A stretch of 64,000 nucleotides of DNA from an uncultured archaeon (GCA_963782915.1 CAWALK010000015.1:128001-192000), one strand, 5' to 3'. Numbered from the stretch's first letter, positions 41,730 to 52,051 are shown. The notes: generated by a model from the sequence alone, not told the origin. Numbers and translations: made by a program.

Positions 41730-43657
41730 TAGCTACAACCCAAATCCGCAAAAGCCAAGCCCCTGGCAAACTCCCAGATCAGCTGCAAAACCAGTGCTTC
41801 AGCAGTTACCCTCTAAAATCCGAAAATCTCAGATACCGAGCGGTGCATATTTTTCAGAAAAATTTTTTCGGAACAAATCGCCAGAGTTTGCTAATTTGCG
41901 CTCAAAAAGCCAAAAACTGCTCTAAGCACCCGAAGGCTAGCCGAAAAAGTTGGCTTTTGCTTCGCATGGAGATTTTCGGAGGTACTTATATGAGGCCCCG
42001 ATATTCCCCATGCCAGTCTAGTGCACTAGGGACAAACTATACCTAATCAAGGCGTATTTGGCATAAGCGGCTGTTTTTGAGGCGATAGATTTTGGTTTCC
42101 ATGAAAAAATATCTGTTATTTTTTAATCTATGGGGATTCGGAGTAAAACAACCATTCTGATTTAATATTCAACCAAAATAGGGCTAAATTAAAGCTGTTT
42201 TAAGCAAAGAGGTCATACGATTAACCGTAAAATTTGCAGCCCTAGAGTAGGGCTCAAAATTTTAGAATTCAGATAAAAACTTCGATTTAACTTTTTTACA
42301 GCAGACTTGTCGCTCACCCCCTTTGTTGACAACTTACAGTCTTAGAAAGCAATCTCAACTGCCCTTCTGAAGGCCGACGACTCAGAGAAAATTTGAACAG
42401 TTAGTATTTGCAGGATTCCAAAGTGAGGCTAGGTCTGACTAGCAAAGAGGAAAACCCAAATCGAAAATACACAGCTGCTCAACAAGTTGTTTATTGGAAA
42501 AACGCTGGTGACACCGAAAAGCAGTTACTGCCTAGTTTAGAAGAGTGGTGACACACCAGAGAACACGATCGTTGCTTTAGGCAATACCAAATTTTTGATC
42601 TAATTAGAAACTGTATGCAGAACCTGTAGAGGGGTTAAGGCTATTTCCAGAATTGGTTGTTGCTCTTTAAAGGTCTGGATCCGGTAGTAGAAAAAACAAT
42701 CCTTGGCCAATCAGTGGAGGTGTTTCCAGTAACTCTTGAGTGGGTTTGATTCGAGGGCTTTAACCGCTCAAACCATTAGCGGGCTACAGATATCTTAAGG
42801 AAGAAGAGGTCTTAATCGATTGTACTCAGCAACAATAACAGCGTCAGGCATCCCTGAGAGCACTGGCACCGATAGGTAAAAATCAAAATAGACCCACCCC
42901 TCACTAAAATTTTCTTGCTGCTTCAACCAAATAATTTATCAGTTTCCGCTAACGAGGCACATTTAAACGATGACTAAGTAATCAAGAAATCATTTCACAG
43001 TCACCTAAGATATCATAAAGCTGCTTCTTCAAATAACAAGCAAAATAGTTAGGTTCGGCTTAACTGACTTTCGGCAACTAACAATCCTCGACGTTGTATG
43101 CAATCAACCCAAAGGGCGCTCGCTCTTTCCGGTAAATCGGCTAATCTTCCTGCTGATAAAATTAAGAATGTTTTCTTCTGTAGTAACCTTACTACCAAAA
43201 ATGACGCTGCACAGGAAGAGGGTACAGCGAGCAGCCAATTGATGTCGCTTCACAGGTAAGCCTCAGGACCCGGAATAGTGAGTGGCATAAAGTTAGGCGA
43301 GTGTAAACAGCCTTTATCACGTGAAATTTTTTTGGCTAACTATCATAGTTACGTGCTCTGACGGGTTGTTTTTTGTGTAAATGAAAGTCACTTACAGGTG
43401 CAAGCAGAGTTTTCTTTTAGGTTTTTATCGCTTGGTTGTGTCAGGTGATGGTTATTTTTATTGTAATACTTTAGCCACAGTGGTCACGCCAGCGGTATTT
43501 TAGATCAAGCAAGAGAGCAATAAACCTGTAGTTTTGGAGAGGAGTAAGTGAGGCAAATATCACTAATTTACCCTTTCAGGAATATTTTGTAAAGTGTCAA
43601 GTTAGGTAACCAATTCGTTTTCCACGATTGTAACCCAAATTTGCCAAGACCGCACAG

Positions 43658-43900
43658 CTACATTTGCATACTCACAAGTGGAATAACTTCCGCCCGTCCG
43701 TGAACACTGCGCAGATGAAAATCATGCGCCTCTAAGGTATCAAAAAGCACTCCGCAATCTCTACACCGATACTTGCCCTCAGCGGTTCTCTCGGAGGCAT
43801 CCTCATAATCCAGCAGGGCATTCGCCAAGTTTTCATCATAAATTTCCTGATACCCTTGATGTTTTTTTGTTTGCTGTTTCACCTTAAAAGTCACCTTCAA
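43658..43900 (-). CDS. Small C2H2 zinc-finger protein
   Basis: YRCRDCGVLFDTLEAHDFHLRSVH. Confidence 0.75.
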   Translation of the reverse strand: MKVTFKVKQQTKKHQGYQEIYDENLANALLDYEDASERTAEGKYRCRDCGVLFDTLEAHDFHLRSVHGRAEVIPLVSMQM

Positions 43901-44020
43901 AAAGAGAATATCGCTTCATGATTCACTGCGTTCTTACAGCTTTAAAGCGTGTGTGAGTGGCTTATGACAGCAACAAACGCCTGCATTAATGGTATATCTC
44001 GGGCTTTTGCGAAAAATTCC

Positions 44021-44051
44021 GTATACAAAAGCATCCCCCAGACACAGTCTT
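44021..44051 (-). repeat. Motif A copy 5
   Basis: AAGACTGTGTCTGGGGGATGCTTTTGTATAC on the minus strand. Confidence 0.8.
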
Positions 44052-44107
44052 TTTCGAGGTTTAGAAAAGTTTTTCAGCAAAACAACCCGATAAACCATGG
44101 GAGAAAT

Positions 44108-44521
44108 ATGTCTGGCTTTAGCGTTGTAAATAAAACCTTAAAGTTTGCCACCCAAGGCGAAATCCACTTCACAGACTTATCCGAAAAAATCCAAGAAGCC
44201 GTCAGCGCCTCTGCAATCAAAAACGGCATCGCCCACGTCTTTGCACCCCACGCAACCGGCATCCTGATACTAACCGAAAACGACCCTGCCCTACTAGAAG
44301 ACATCAAAGCCTTCCTTGAAGAACTCGCGCCTAAACATGGAAATTATCAGCACCCATCAAACGCCCATGCCCACTTGCGATCCATGCTTCTGCCCCCGGA
44401 CAAGACCTTACCTGTGATTGATGGGCAAGTGGCGTTTGGGACCTGGCAATCGCTGCTCTATGTAGAAACCGATGTTTATCCAAGGGAAAGAACCGTTATC
44501 ATCCAAGTTATGGGCGAATAA
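44108..44521 (+). CDS. YjbQ/UPF0047 family protein
   Basis: PHATG....ENDP.L..D, Y.H..NAHAHLRS, FGTWQS; start ATG 44108. Confidence 0.93.
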   Translation: MSGFSVVNKTLKFATQGEIHFTDLSEKIQEAVSASAIKNGIAHVFAPHATGILILTENDPALLEDIKAFLEELAPKHGNYQHPSNAHAHLRSMLLPPDKTLPVIDGQVAFGTWQSLLYVETDVYPRERTVIIQVMGE

Positions 44522-44663
44522 TTGCCCTGAGGAGTGTCTTCGTTTTTCTGGCTAATTTCTTCGAATTCGCTTTTCGTAGCCCCAAAAAATACTTCGACCA
44601 TGGAGAAATTGAACAATTAAGTGCTAATCCATTCAGCCAGTAACGGCAGGTTTAACGTTTTGT

Positions 44664-44693
44664 TGTAAAAAGTGTCCATTCGATTGTTTTTCG
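44664..44693 (+). repeat. Motif B copy 2
   Basis: TGTAAAAAGTGTCCATTCGATTGTTTTTCG. Confidence 0.75.
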
Positions 44694-44928
44694 CATAGAA
44701 GAACTCTGCCAACAGCGTAAGTGTACGGTTCGCGCTGACAAATCGGTCACCAAAAGCACACTAAAAGCCCCGTTTCAGCGCTCAATTACCCAAATTTTTA
44801 GCCATTGAGGCAGAAAAAGCCCTAATTCGAACGCTTTTGTGCAATAGAAAGGGTTGCTATGGGCTAAAAATCAGCGGTTTTTAACCCTCTGCCCATGACT
44901 ATATAGGCTTCGCATCAGTTCGAGATGC

Positions 44929-45666
44929 TTAGCCGCGGTGTTCAGTCTTTATCCGTTTATTGACACCCTTAGAGCGCATTTTCGCTTTCTTTTTTGCATC
45001 GTCAATCAGCGAGGGTTTCTCAGCGAACGAATCTGGCGTAGACTCTTCAATGGGCAACTTATCCGCTACCTCAGAGAAGTCAGCGTCAGTTGCTTGCTCA
45101 GCACCATTTTTGAGCATGGTTTCAACAGCACGATCGACATCTCCCTCCTGTAGGTTGATGCCCAATGTTGCATCCATAAGAACAACTGCCTCAAAGCCAA
45201 GCTTGCATGCATCAACAACTGTGTTAACGACGCAGTAATCCGTAGCTAAGCCGGCAACAAAAAGTCGCTTAACTCCGAACTGGCGCAGTTCATTAGCAAG
45301 GTTTGTGCCGTCAAAGGCTGAATACGCTTCATGTTTGGGGTCGGTTGCTTTTGAAATCACGCAATAGTCATCGGGTAGTTTGAGGTTTGGGCTAAATTTG
45401 GCGCCCTCTGTTCCTTGAACACAATGAGGCGGCCAAGCTCCACCTTGCGCTATAAACGATATGTGATCCGCGGGGTGCCAATCGCGTGAAGCTATGATAT
45501 GTGCTTCTGAGGATTTGAAATGGTTAATGTATTCGTTTATGACGGGGATGATTTCATCGCCGCCTGTGACGGGTAAGGCTCCGCCGGGAAGAAAATCAAT
45601 CTGAATGTCTGTAATTAGGAGGGCATCATGTTCGGTTAAGTTGTAGGGTTTATTCAAACGCTTCAC
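44929..45666 (-). CDS. pncA: Nicotinamidase/pyrazinamidase
   Basis: D.Q.DF.PGGAL.V, SRDWHP..H.SF, WP.HCVQ.T.GA, YSAF, GLATDYCV. Confidence 0.93.
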   Translation of the reverse strand: MKRLNKPYNLTEHDALLITDIQIDFLPGGALPVTGGDEIIPVINEYINHFKSSEAHIIASRDWHPADHISFIAQGGAWPPHCVQGTEGAKFSPNLKLPDDYCVISKATDPKHEAYSAFDGTNLANELRQFGVKRLFVAGLATDYCVVNTVVDACKLGFEAVVLMDATLGINLQEGDVDRAVETMLKNGAEQATDADFSEVADKLPIEESTPDSFAEKPSLIDDAKKKAKMRSKGVNKRIKTEHRG

Positions 45667-45805
45667 CTTTCATAAAAAGAACTGTTTACTAATTTAAAAT
45701 ATTCTAAAACCAATTATTGCTATAGCCTAAACTATTGAATAAACCTTTTTTCGCCACACCGATAACTCGTAAAAAACATAATTAAACGCACGGCGAACTA
45801 GCAGA

Positions 45806-46087
45806 ATGGTGAAAGTTTTGGCGATTTTGGCTTATGTTCTCTTTAAGGTTGCTTCAGGTACCGAGCGTGAAGTTGCACAGAAGCTGATTGAGTTTGAGGA
45901 GGTTACTCAGTCGGACATACTCTTTGGGGAATATGATGTTATTGCACGGGTTTCCACGGATGATTTGGATAAGCTGGAAGAGTTTGTGTCAGAAAAAATC
46001 AGGACTGTTCAGAATGTTTTGGTTACCTCAACTATGATTATTTCACGGGAATACAGGGGTAAGGGTAGCATTCCTAAAACTAAGTAA
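45806..46087 (+). CDS. Lrp/AsnC ligand-binding (RAM) domain protein
   Basis: AYVLF, FGEYDVIARV, KIR....V..T.TMI. Confidence 0.9.
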   Translation: MVKVLAILAYVLFKVASGTEREVAQKLIEFEEVTQSDILFGEYDVIARVSTDDLDKLEEFVSEKIRTVQNVLVTSTMIISREYRGKGSIPKTK

Positions 46088-46214
46088 CTTTGCGATTTTG
46101 TGCTTAGAAGCCTGTTTTCGTTGCCCGATGGCTTATTTGCATGCGCCAGAACAGTAAATTGTACTCATAAGCGTTATTTTGAGCTATGGTACTGGTGTTT
46201 CTTTAACTGAATAA

Positions 46215-46244
46215 TGTAAAAAGTGACCATTCGAAAATTTTTCG
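46215..46244 (+). repeat. Motif B copy 3
   Basis: TGTAAAAAGTGACCATTCGAAAATTTTTCG. Confidence 0.75.
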
Positions 46245-46687
46245 CCGACACTAACAGCAAACTAAGTTCGGGTCTATCCAGCTCTGCTAAAAAAGCCTTC
46301 TATCAGCCGAGATACCCCAAACGTATCCAACCCCGAACACTCAAAACATCTAACACATAGCCAAAATCAACCCTTAAACAGACAACACGACAGATCAAAA
46401 CCCCCGAGTGGCCACCGGAAAAAACCAAAGGTACCTAAAAGCGTCCGATAACAGCGCTATTTGGCGTTAATCTTGCAGGCGTACCTGATTTGAGATGCCT
46501 TACTTTGGCTGGCAGAGACTTTTTGTTTTAGGTGCTTTCCGTTTTTGCTCTGAGATAGACAAATGCAGTGATCGTTTAGTGTTTGGATTTGTTGAGAGGT
46601 TGTTTCGAGGCGTCTGGCTTGTGCATGATTATATAAGGTTCGCTATTTTTCGAAGATTTAGGCATTTTTTGGGGTTTGTTGGCGAAG

Positions 46688-46718
46688 AAAACTGTGTGTG
46701 GGGGATGCTTTTGTATAC
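46688..46718 (+). repeat. Motif A copy 6
   Basis: AAAACTGTGTGTGGGGGATGCTTTTGTATAC. Confidence 0.8.
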
Positions 46719-46747
46719 AGACCACAAATCGATGGGTTTTAGCCGCT

Positions 46748-46990
46748 TTATATAAGGGAGGGGGAGGTACCTTGGAGGTAGGTAGTAGGTTCCAGCAGGG
46801 TCTCTTTGGTTTTTAATACGGGATAGGGGGTCTTGGCAAAGCAGCAAAAGCGTTTTTATCAAACACACAAAAGCCCCAATCTGTTTGCATAAGCAGTCAG
46901 CAACCGAAAAGAATACTGACGCCAAAAAGCAATCATCTACAACGTCTGTTGGTTGTTGTTGAAACAAGGCAATTCCACAGCAACCACTAA
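46748..46990 (+). repeat. Dispersed non-coding repeat (two G-rich heads plus terminal hairpin)
   Basis: Homologous to 30340-30575. Confidence 0.75.
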
Positions 46991-47061
46991 AACAAAAAAG
47001 AGCCTCAAACGCTCCGCTGCCATAAATAACTAAATCAAAAATTGTTATAGAGAGAAAAAGC

Positions 47062-47265
47062 TTACTCTTTTTCTTCTTCTTTAATTTCGCATTGAAGCTT
47101 CTTAATGATTTCGTCAGCTCTCAACGCTTCGATTTTAAGTGTATAGAGTTGACCTGGTGTGCGCAACTTCAATTTTACGCCGTCTTTTAGACGTTTAACC
47201 TGGCATTGTTTTGCTTTGGCGCTCATGGCCACGAATTTCTCAACATCAGTAATCTCAGATGGCAT
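47062..47265 (-). CDS. rpl38e: Ribosomal protein eL38
   Basis: MP.EI.D...F...A....VK.....VK.K.R....LYTL. Confidence 0.88.
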   Translation of the reverse strand: MPSEITDVEKFVAMSAKAKQCQVKRLKDGVKLKLRTPGQLYTLKIEALRADEIIKKLQCEIKEEEKE

Positions 47266-47418
47266 TTTACTTGTTCCTCAGTTAATATTCGCTGTGATGG
47301 ATAGCACGCCAAGTTTTTATCTGTTTTGGTGGACATAACTTATATTCAATCAACCCGTCTAAATATGAAAGATAAGCTGCGTAAGCGTATGCTTGGCTTA
47401 ACGGAGAATCAACGTTAG

Positions 47419-48661
47419 ATGAATCGAGTGCATGTCCTCTCGCTGATTTTAATCATAATTCTCATATTGGCAACAGCTACAGCGCTATTTTCTTACACGC
47501 AGAGCAGCAGCCAAACAGCCAACGCTTCAGCGTCAGTTTACGTGGGAGTGGCTTTCGGCGGAAACACCCCTGAACAAGCAAAACTCCTCATCGACAGAAC
47601 CAAAACCTACACCAACCTCTTCATCCTCAACGCAGGCAGAAACAACATCAGCACAAACGAATCGGCGGTTGAGGAAATCTGCGATTACGCCACAAACGCC
47701 AACCTAAACATAATCGTAAACTTGGGCATCAGAACCAACGCTAATTGGCAGTGGCAACTTCAATTCGTCAATAACTCCAAAGACCGCTATGGCGACAAAT
47801 TCCTCGGCGTTTACTATGACGATGAACCCATGGGAATACCGTTTGATTGGAATTGGCCCTCAGTCTTTGCCAGAAGCAGCTCAGCATTTTCTGACCCTTA
47901 CTTACCTGTTTTGCAGCCGCTTTTCCAACGAGTTGAAACCGCCAAGCAGACAGGGCAACTACCACGAAAATTACACAGTAGAATCCCAATGGTACCAAAG
48001 ACTCTTACTGCAGAACAGAGGACATAACGACCTCAAAAACAACAACATCACAACCTACACATCCGATTACCTGCTCTACTGGTACGACTACTTGGGTGGT
48101 TACAGCACGGTTTTTGCCCAAATCGGATGGAACACAAGCCTCATCAACCAGCAAATCAGCCAACTCCGAGGAGCAGCCACACTGCAAAACAAAACATGGG
48201 GAACAATAATAACGTGGAAAACCATGCAGCCACCATACTTAGACAGCGGCAAAGCAATCTATAGTCAAATGGTAACCTCCTACAATGCAGGAGCAAAATA
48301 CATCACCATCTTCAACTACCCATACAACGACAGCAGCAATCCCTATGGCACATTGACCGATGAACATTTCCAAGCATTAGAGAGGTTTTGGAATGAGGTT
48401 GCAACAAAAACAACGCCGAACTCAGCCCATGCCGAGGCAGCATTGGTTTTACCTAAAGATTACGGTTGGGGAATGCGACGCCCAGATGACAAGATATGGG
48501 GCTTCTGGAACCCAGACACCAAATCACCCCAGATTTGGACTAACACCCAAAAACTGCTCGATCAGTATGGACTCAAACTGGACATAGTCTATGATGACCC
48601 AGCATACCCAATCCAAGGCAACTATAGCAAAATTTACTATTGGAACCAAACAATCCCCTAA
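47419..48661 (+). CDS. Secreted hypothetical protein, possibly glycoside-hydrolase-like barrel (frameshift ~47960)
   Basis: Signal peptide, LIDRTKTYTNLF, FLGVYYDDEP, SDY.LYWYDY.GGY, RGAA, WG.IITW; ORFs 47419-48027 and 47789-48661. Confidence 0.8.
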
Positions 48662-48689
48662 AAGAAAAAGGGTTTCGAGCTACATTGGC

Positions 48690-48893
48690 TTAACTTTTCT
48701 TTGAACGGATACCGAGTTTAAGGTTAATGTCAACCGTGTATTCTTTATCCATTTTTCCAACAGCGAAATTCCAATCTTTAACCTCAACTTCCATATCCTT
48801 GAATTGACTAACAATCGCATCTTTGTATTCTTGAGCGGTTTCGCCAATCTTCTGTAGCTTTTCAGTTATGTTAACGGATGTATCAGGCATCAA
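48690..48893 (-). CDS. Small hypothetical protein
   Basis: GGAGGTG SD-like sequence upstream; plausible composition. Confidence 0.7.
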   Translation of the reverse strand: MMPDTSVNITEKLQKIGETAQEYKDAIVSQFKDMEVEVKDWNFAVGKMDKEYTVDINLKLGIRSKKS

Positions 48894-49030
48894 TTTACAC
48901 CTCCTAAAAACAAGTTACCTACGCATGAAGCATGTGACAGTTAACTGATAATAAAAAATATGTGACTGTGCAAACACAACAGCAAAATGCAATACACCCA
49001 GAATTCACCTTATCTATTGGTAGACTGCTT

Positions 49031-50185
49031 TTGACAACCTACAAAGTAGGCATATCAGGTTCTTATGGAGGATTAAACCTCGGTGACGAAGCAATACTGC
49101 AGAGTATCATTGCTCAACTCCGCAATTCACTGGATGTTGAAGTGACGGTTTTTAGCCGCAACGCCCAAGACACAACCGCAAGGCACCATGTGGAACATGT
49201 GATTGAAGTAAGGAATTTGACTAAAGTAGAGATTACGCCCCAAATCCGAGAGCTTGACTTATTCATTTTAGGCGGTGGTGGAATCTTTTTTGACAAAGAA
49301 GCAGACGTTTTCCTTCGCGAACTCGAAATCGCATACCAGAACAGCGTGCCAACAATGGTTTACGCAGTTGGCGCTGGACCATTAAACAATGAGAACTCGC
49401 GAAAAAAAGTAAAACAAGTCCTGGATAATGTTGATGTCATCACTGTGCGGGAACGGGAAGCAAAAAAAATATTCGAAGACATAGGCGTCGATAACCAAAT
49501 AATGGTTACGGCTGATCCTGCGTTTCTCTTAACGCCTGAGCCGCTTCCAAAGGATGCATTGAAGTTTGAGCAGGTACATGGAGACCGAACCTTGGTTGGA
49601 ATTTCGGTGCGTGAACCTGGACCAGCAGCACCGGACATCGACCCAAACTTTTACCATGCCCTCTTGGCTAACGCGGCAGATTTCGTCATAAGCCGTTTGG
49701 ATGCCGATGTTATTTTTGTTCCTATGGAACGCCAAGTAAATGATGTTCAACATTCCCATGCAGTTATCGCCAAAATGCTTCAGCCGCAGCATGCCGCAGT
49801 TATGAAGGGAGAATATTCTTCAGGGCAACTCCTTACATTCATGAAAAATTTTGTTTTTACCATTGGCATGCGGCTGCATTTTCTAATTTTCTCAGCTCTT
49901 CAAGGAGTGCCATTTGTACCTTTACCATATGCAACCAAAGTGAGCGGCTTGCTGGATAACCTGCAGGTTCCTATGCCACCTCTTAATCGTGTCGATTCAG
50001 GATTAGTAAACGCATACATCGATAAGGCATGGGATAACCGCAATGCAACAAAAGAAAAGATCGAGCAGCTTCTACCAAGTTTAAAACAGCTTGCAGCAGA
50101 AAACAACCGCTTAGCAGTCGATTTACTCACGGGAAAACGCTCAGAAACCCCCGAATTGCACAAAAACCTTGCAGAAGCAAGTTAA
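49031..50185 (+). CDS. Polysaccharide pyruvyl transferase family protein (CsaB-like)
   Basis: SGSYGGLNLGDEAIL, GGGGIF, AVGAGPL, ITVRE, TADPA, GMRLH, Y..KV. Confidence 0.92.
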   Translation: MTTYKVGISGSYGGLNLGDEAILQSIIAQLRNSLDVEVTVFSRNAQDTTARHHVEHVIEVRNLTKVEITPQIRELDLFILGGGGIFFDKEADVFLRELEIAYQNSVPTMVYAVGAGPLNNENSRKKVKQVLDNVDVITVREREAKKIFEDIGVDNQIMVTADPAFLLTPEPLPKDALKFEQVHGDRTLVGISVREPGPAAPDIDPNFYHALLANAADFVISRLDADVIFVPMERQVNDVQHSHAVIAKMLQPQHAAVMKGEYSSGQLLTFMKNFVFTIGMRLHFLIFSALQGVPFVPLPYATKVSGLLDNLQVPMPPLNRVDSGLVNAYIDKAWDNRNATKEKIEQLLPSLKQLAAENNRLAVDLLTGKRSETPELHKNLAEAS

Positions 50186-50196
50186 AGGCGAACAAT

Positions 50197-51612
50197 TTGC
50201 CAGTAGCCAAACGGCCCATAAAAGAAATTACTCTGCCAGCACGCAATGCAAAAGTGCTCCCTGAAGCGGACGTGCTAGTTGTGGGTGGCGGCCCAGCTGG
50301 AATCGGCGCCGCTTTAGGTGCTGCTGAAACAGGTGCAAGGGTGCTGCTGGTTGAACGGTATGGTTTTTTGGGTGGAAGCGCTACTGCGGGGCTTGTTTTA
50401 ACGATGGCTTCGTACTACACCTCCTCGAAGGTTCCCTTGGAGCGGTCAAGTGATGTTACGCTATTTCCTACGGATCATGGAGTAGGAAAACCCATTATCG
50501 GCGGTGTTTGGGAAAAGCTTGTTGAGCGGCTGGTCTTGGCTGGCGGCGCATTTGCACCTTCTACTAAAACGGGGTATATGGTTCCTTTTGACCCCGAGAT
50601 CTTCAAGCTGGTAACCTTGGAGATGCTCAATGCTGCCGGTGTAGAGTTGCTGTTTCATTGTTTTGCAAGCGGCGTTATCAGCAATGGAAACCAAATCGAA
50701 GGCGTTATTTTTGAAACCAAGTCTGGACCCATCGTTGCCAAAGCAAAGGTGATTATCGACGCTACAGGCGATGGTGATGTTGCAGCTTTTGCTGGAGCAA
50801 GCTTTGAAGTTGGTCGAAGTAGGGATCGCATGGTTCAACCGATGACCCTGATGTTTTTGATTGAGGGGTTTGTTCTTCAACGGTTTCAAGAGTATGTGTT
50901 GGCGCATCCTGATCAATGGCATGGCGTAAATGGCTTAACAGCATTGATGCAGCAAGCCAATGCAAAAGGCGAATTGAATGTTCCCCGAGAAAATATTTTG
51001 CTGTTCGGAAACGTTCACGAAGGCCATGTGCTCGTCAACAGTACACGCGTATTGGATACCTTGGGGACTGATGTTTGGGATTTGACTCGTGCTGAATTAG
51101 AAGGTAGACGACAAGTTGCCGAATTAACCCGTTTTTTCCGCAAGTATGTGCCTGGTTTTGAGGAGGCATATGTGGCGCAAAGCGGCATTATTACTTGCGT
51201 TCGGGAGTCAAGACGAATTATGGGTGAGTACGTGTTGACTGCCAAGGATGTCCTGGAAGCACGCCAGTTTGAGGATGCAATTGCGTTGGGAAGTTATCCT
51301 ATCGATCTGCATAGTCCCACCGGAAAAGGGACCATTCTTAAAAAAATTAAGCCCGGCGCAGCTTATAGCATCCCGCTACGATGTCTAATTCCGCTTAAGG
51401 TTGATGGGTTGGTGGTTGCTGGCCGCTGTATTTCAGGGACGCATGTGGCTAATGCGTCTTATCGTACGATGCCGATTTGTGTGGCTACTGGCCAAGCGGC
51501 TGGAGTCTGCGCTGCTTTAGCGGCAATTAATAGCCAATCGCCAAGAACAGTTAAAGCTGCCGAGGTGCAAAAGGAGCTGCTACGGCAGGGTGCTATTTTG
51601 AAGCTAAACTAA
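50197..51612 (+). CDS. FAD-dependent oxidoreductase (FAD_oxidored family)
   Basis: DVLVVGGGPAG, ERYGFLGG, IDATGDGD, VRESRRI.GEY, YSIPLRCL, AGRCIS, GQAAG. Confidence 0.93.
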   Translation: MPVAKRPIKEITLPARNAKVLPEADVLVVGGGPAGIGAALGAAETGARVLLVERYGFLGGSATAGLVLTMASYYTSSKVPLERSSDVTLFPTDHGVGKPIIGGVWEKLVERLVLAGGAFAPSTKTGYMVPFDPEIFKLVTLEMLNAAGVELLFHCFASGVISNGNQIEGVIFETKSGPIVAKAKVIIDATGDGDVAAFAGASFEVGRSRDRMVQPMTLMFLIEGFVLQRFQEYVLAHPDQWHGVNGLTALMQQANAKGELNVPRENILLFGNVHEGHVLVNSTRVLDTLGTDVWDLTRAELEGRRQVAELTRFFRKYVPGFEEAYVAQSGIITCVRESRRIMGEYVLTAKDVLEARQFEDAIALGSYPIDLHSPTGKGTILKKIKPGAAYSIPLRCLIPLKVDGLVVAGRCISGTHVANASYRTMPICVATGQAAGVCAALAAINSQSPRTVKAAEVQKELLRQGAILKLN

Positions 51613-51635
51613 AAAGTGCATTAAGGTGGCTTTTG

Positions 51636-51917
51636 TTAGTGTGTTGGGTGAATATGTTTTATCCCAAAATACATGGCTACAACGAATAGCGGCAGGAATA
51701 CGGCTTCAATAACCAGAACGATGACGAGGTTGTTGGTATGACTGGCCTGCACTTGCTGCAGCGTAGGTAGTGTGACGTTGCCGCCTGTCTGCATGCCAGT
51801 AGGATTCTGAATAATTATGAGGTCACTTTGCGCCTGTAACGAAAAAATGACGGCAGGCACGATGATTGCAACCGCCAAAAATATGCCGGCTATGGCAAAA
51901 GTCTTTTTGTAATGCAT
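51636..51917 (-). CDS. Small 2-TM membrane protein
   Basis: Two hydrophobic helices. Confidence 0.6.
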   Translation of the reverse strand: MHYKKTFAIAGIFLAVAIIVPAVIFSLQAQSDLIIIQNPTGMQTGGNVTLPTLQQVQASHTNNLVIVLVIEAVFLPLFVVAMYFGIKHIHPTH

Positions 51918-51973
51918 AAAAAAACGCTCATAATATATTTTCTCAAAGAAAGTAATAAGCATTAAAGATTATA

Positions 51974-52051
51974 TGGTGGGCCGTACCGGATTTGAACCGG
52001 TGATCTTCGCCGCGTGAGGGCGACGTCCTAGCCAAGCTAGACTAACGGCCC
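51974..52051 (-). tRNA. tRNA-Val(CAC)
   Basis: GGGCCGTTAGTCTAGCTTGGCTAGGACGTCGCCCTCACGCGGCGAAGATCACCGGTTCAAATCCGGTACGGCCCACCA. Confidence 0.96.

Noticed and set aside
41621-42046. 141-aa ORF in the gene desert
   Set aside because: No recognisable motif, TTG start, and it runs through a motif A copy; likely spurious.
41356-43657. Canonical ORB-containing oriC
   Set aside because: No convincing TTCCA-N-TGGAAA/G-string boxes and no adjacent cdc6; only isolated TTTCCAG words at ~42644 and ~42723.
36666-46718. Motif A or B copies as a CRISPR array
   Set aside because: Copies are hundreds to thousands of bp apart, in both orientations, with no regular spacers and no cas genes.
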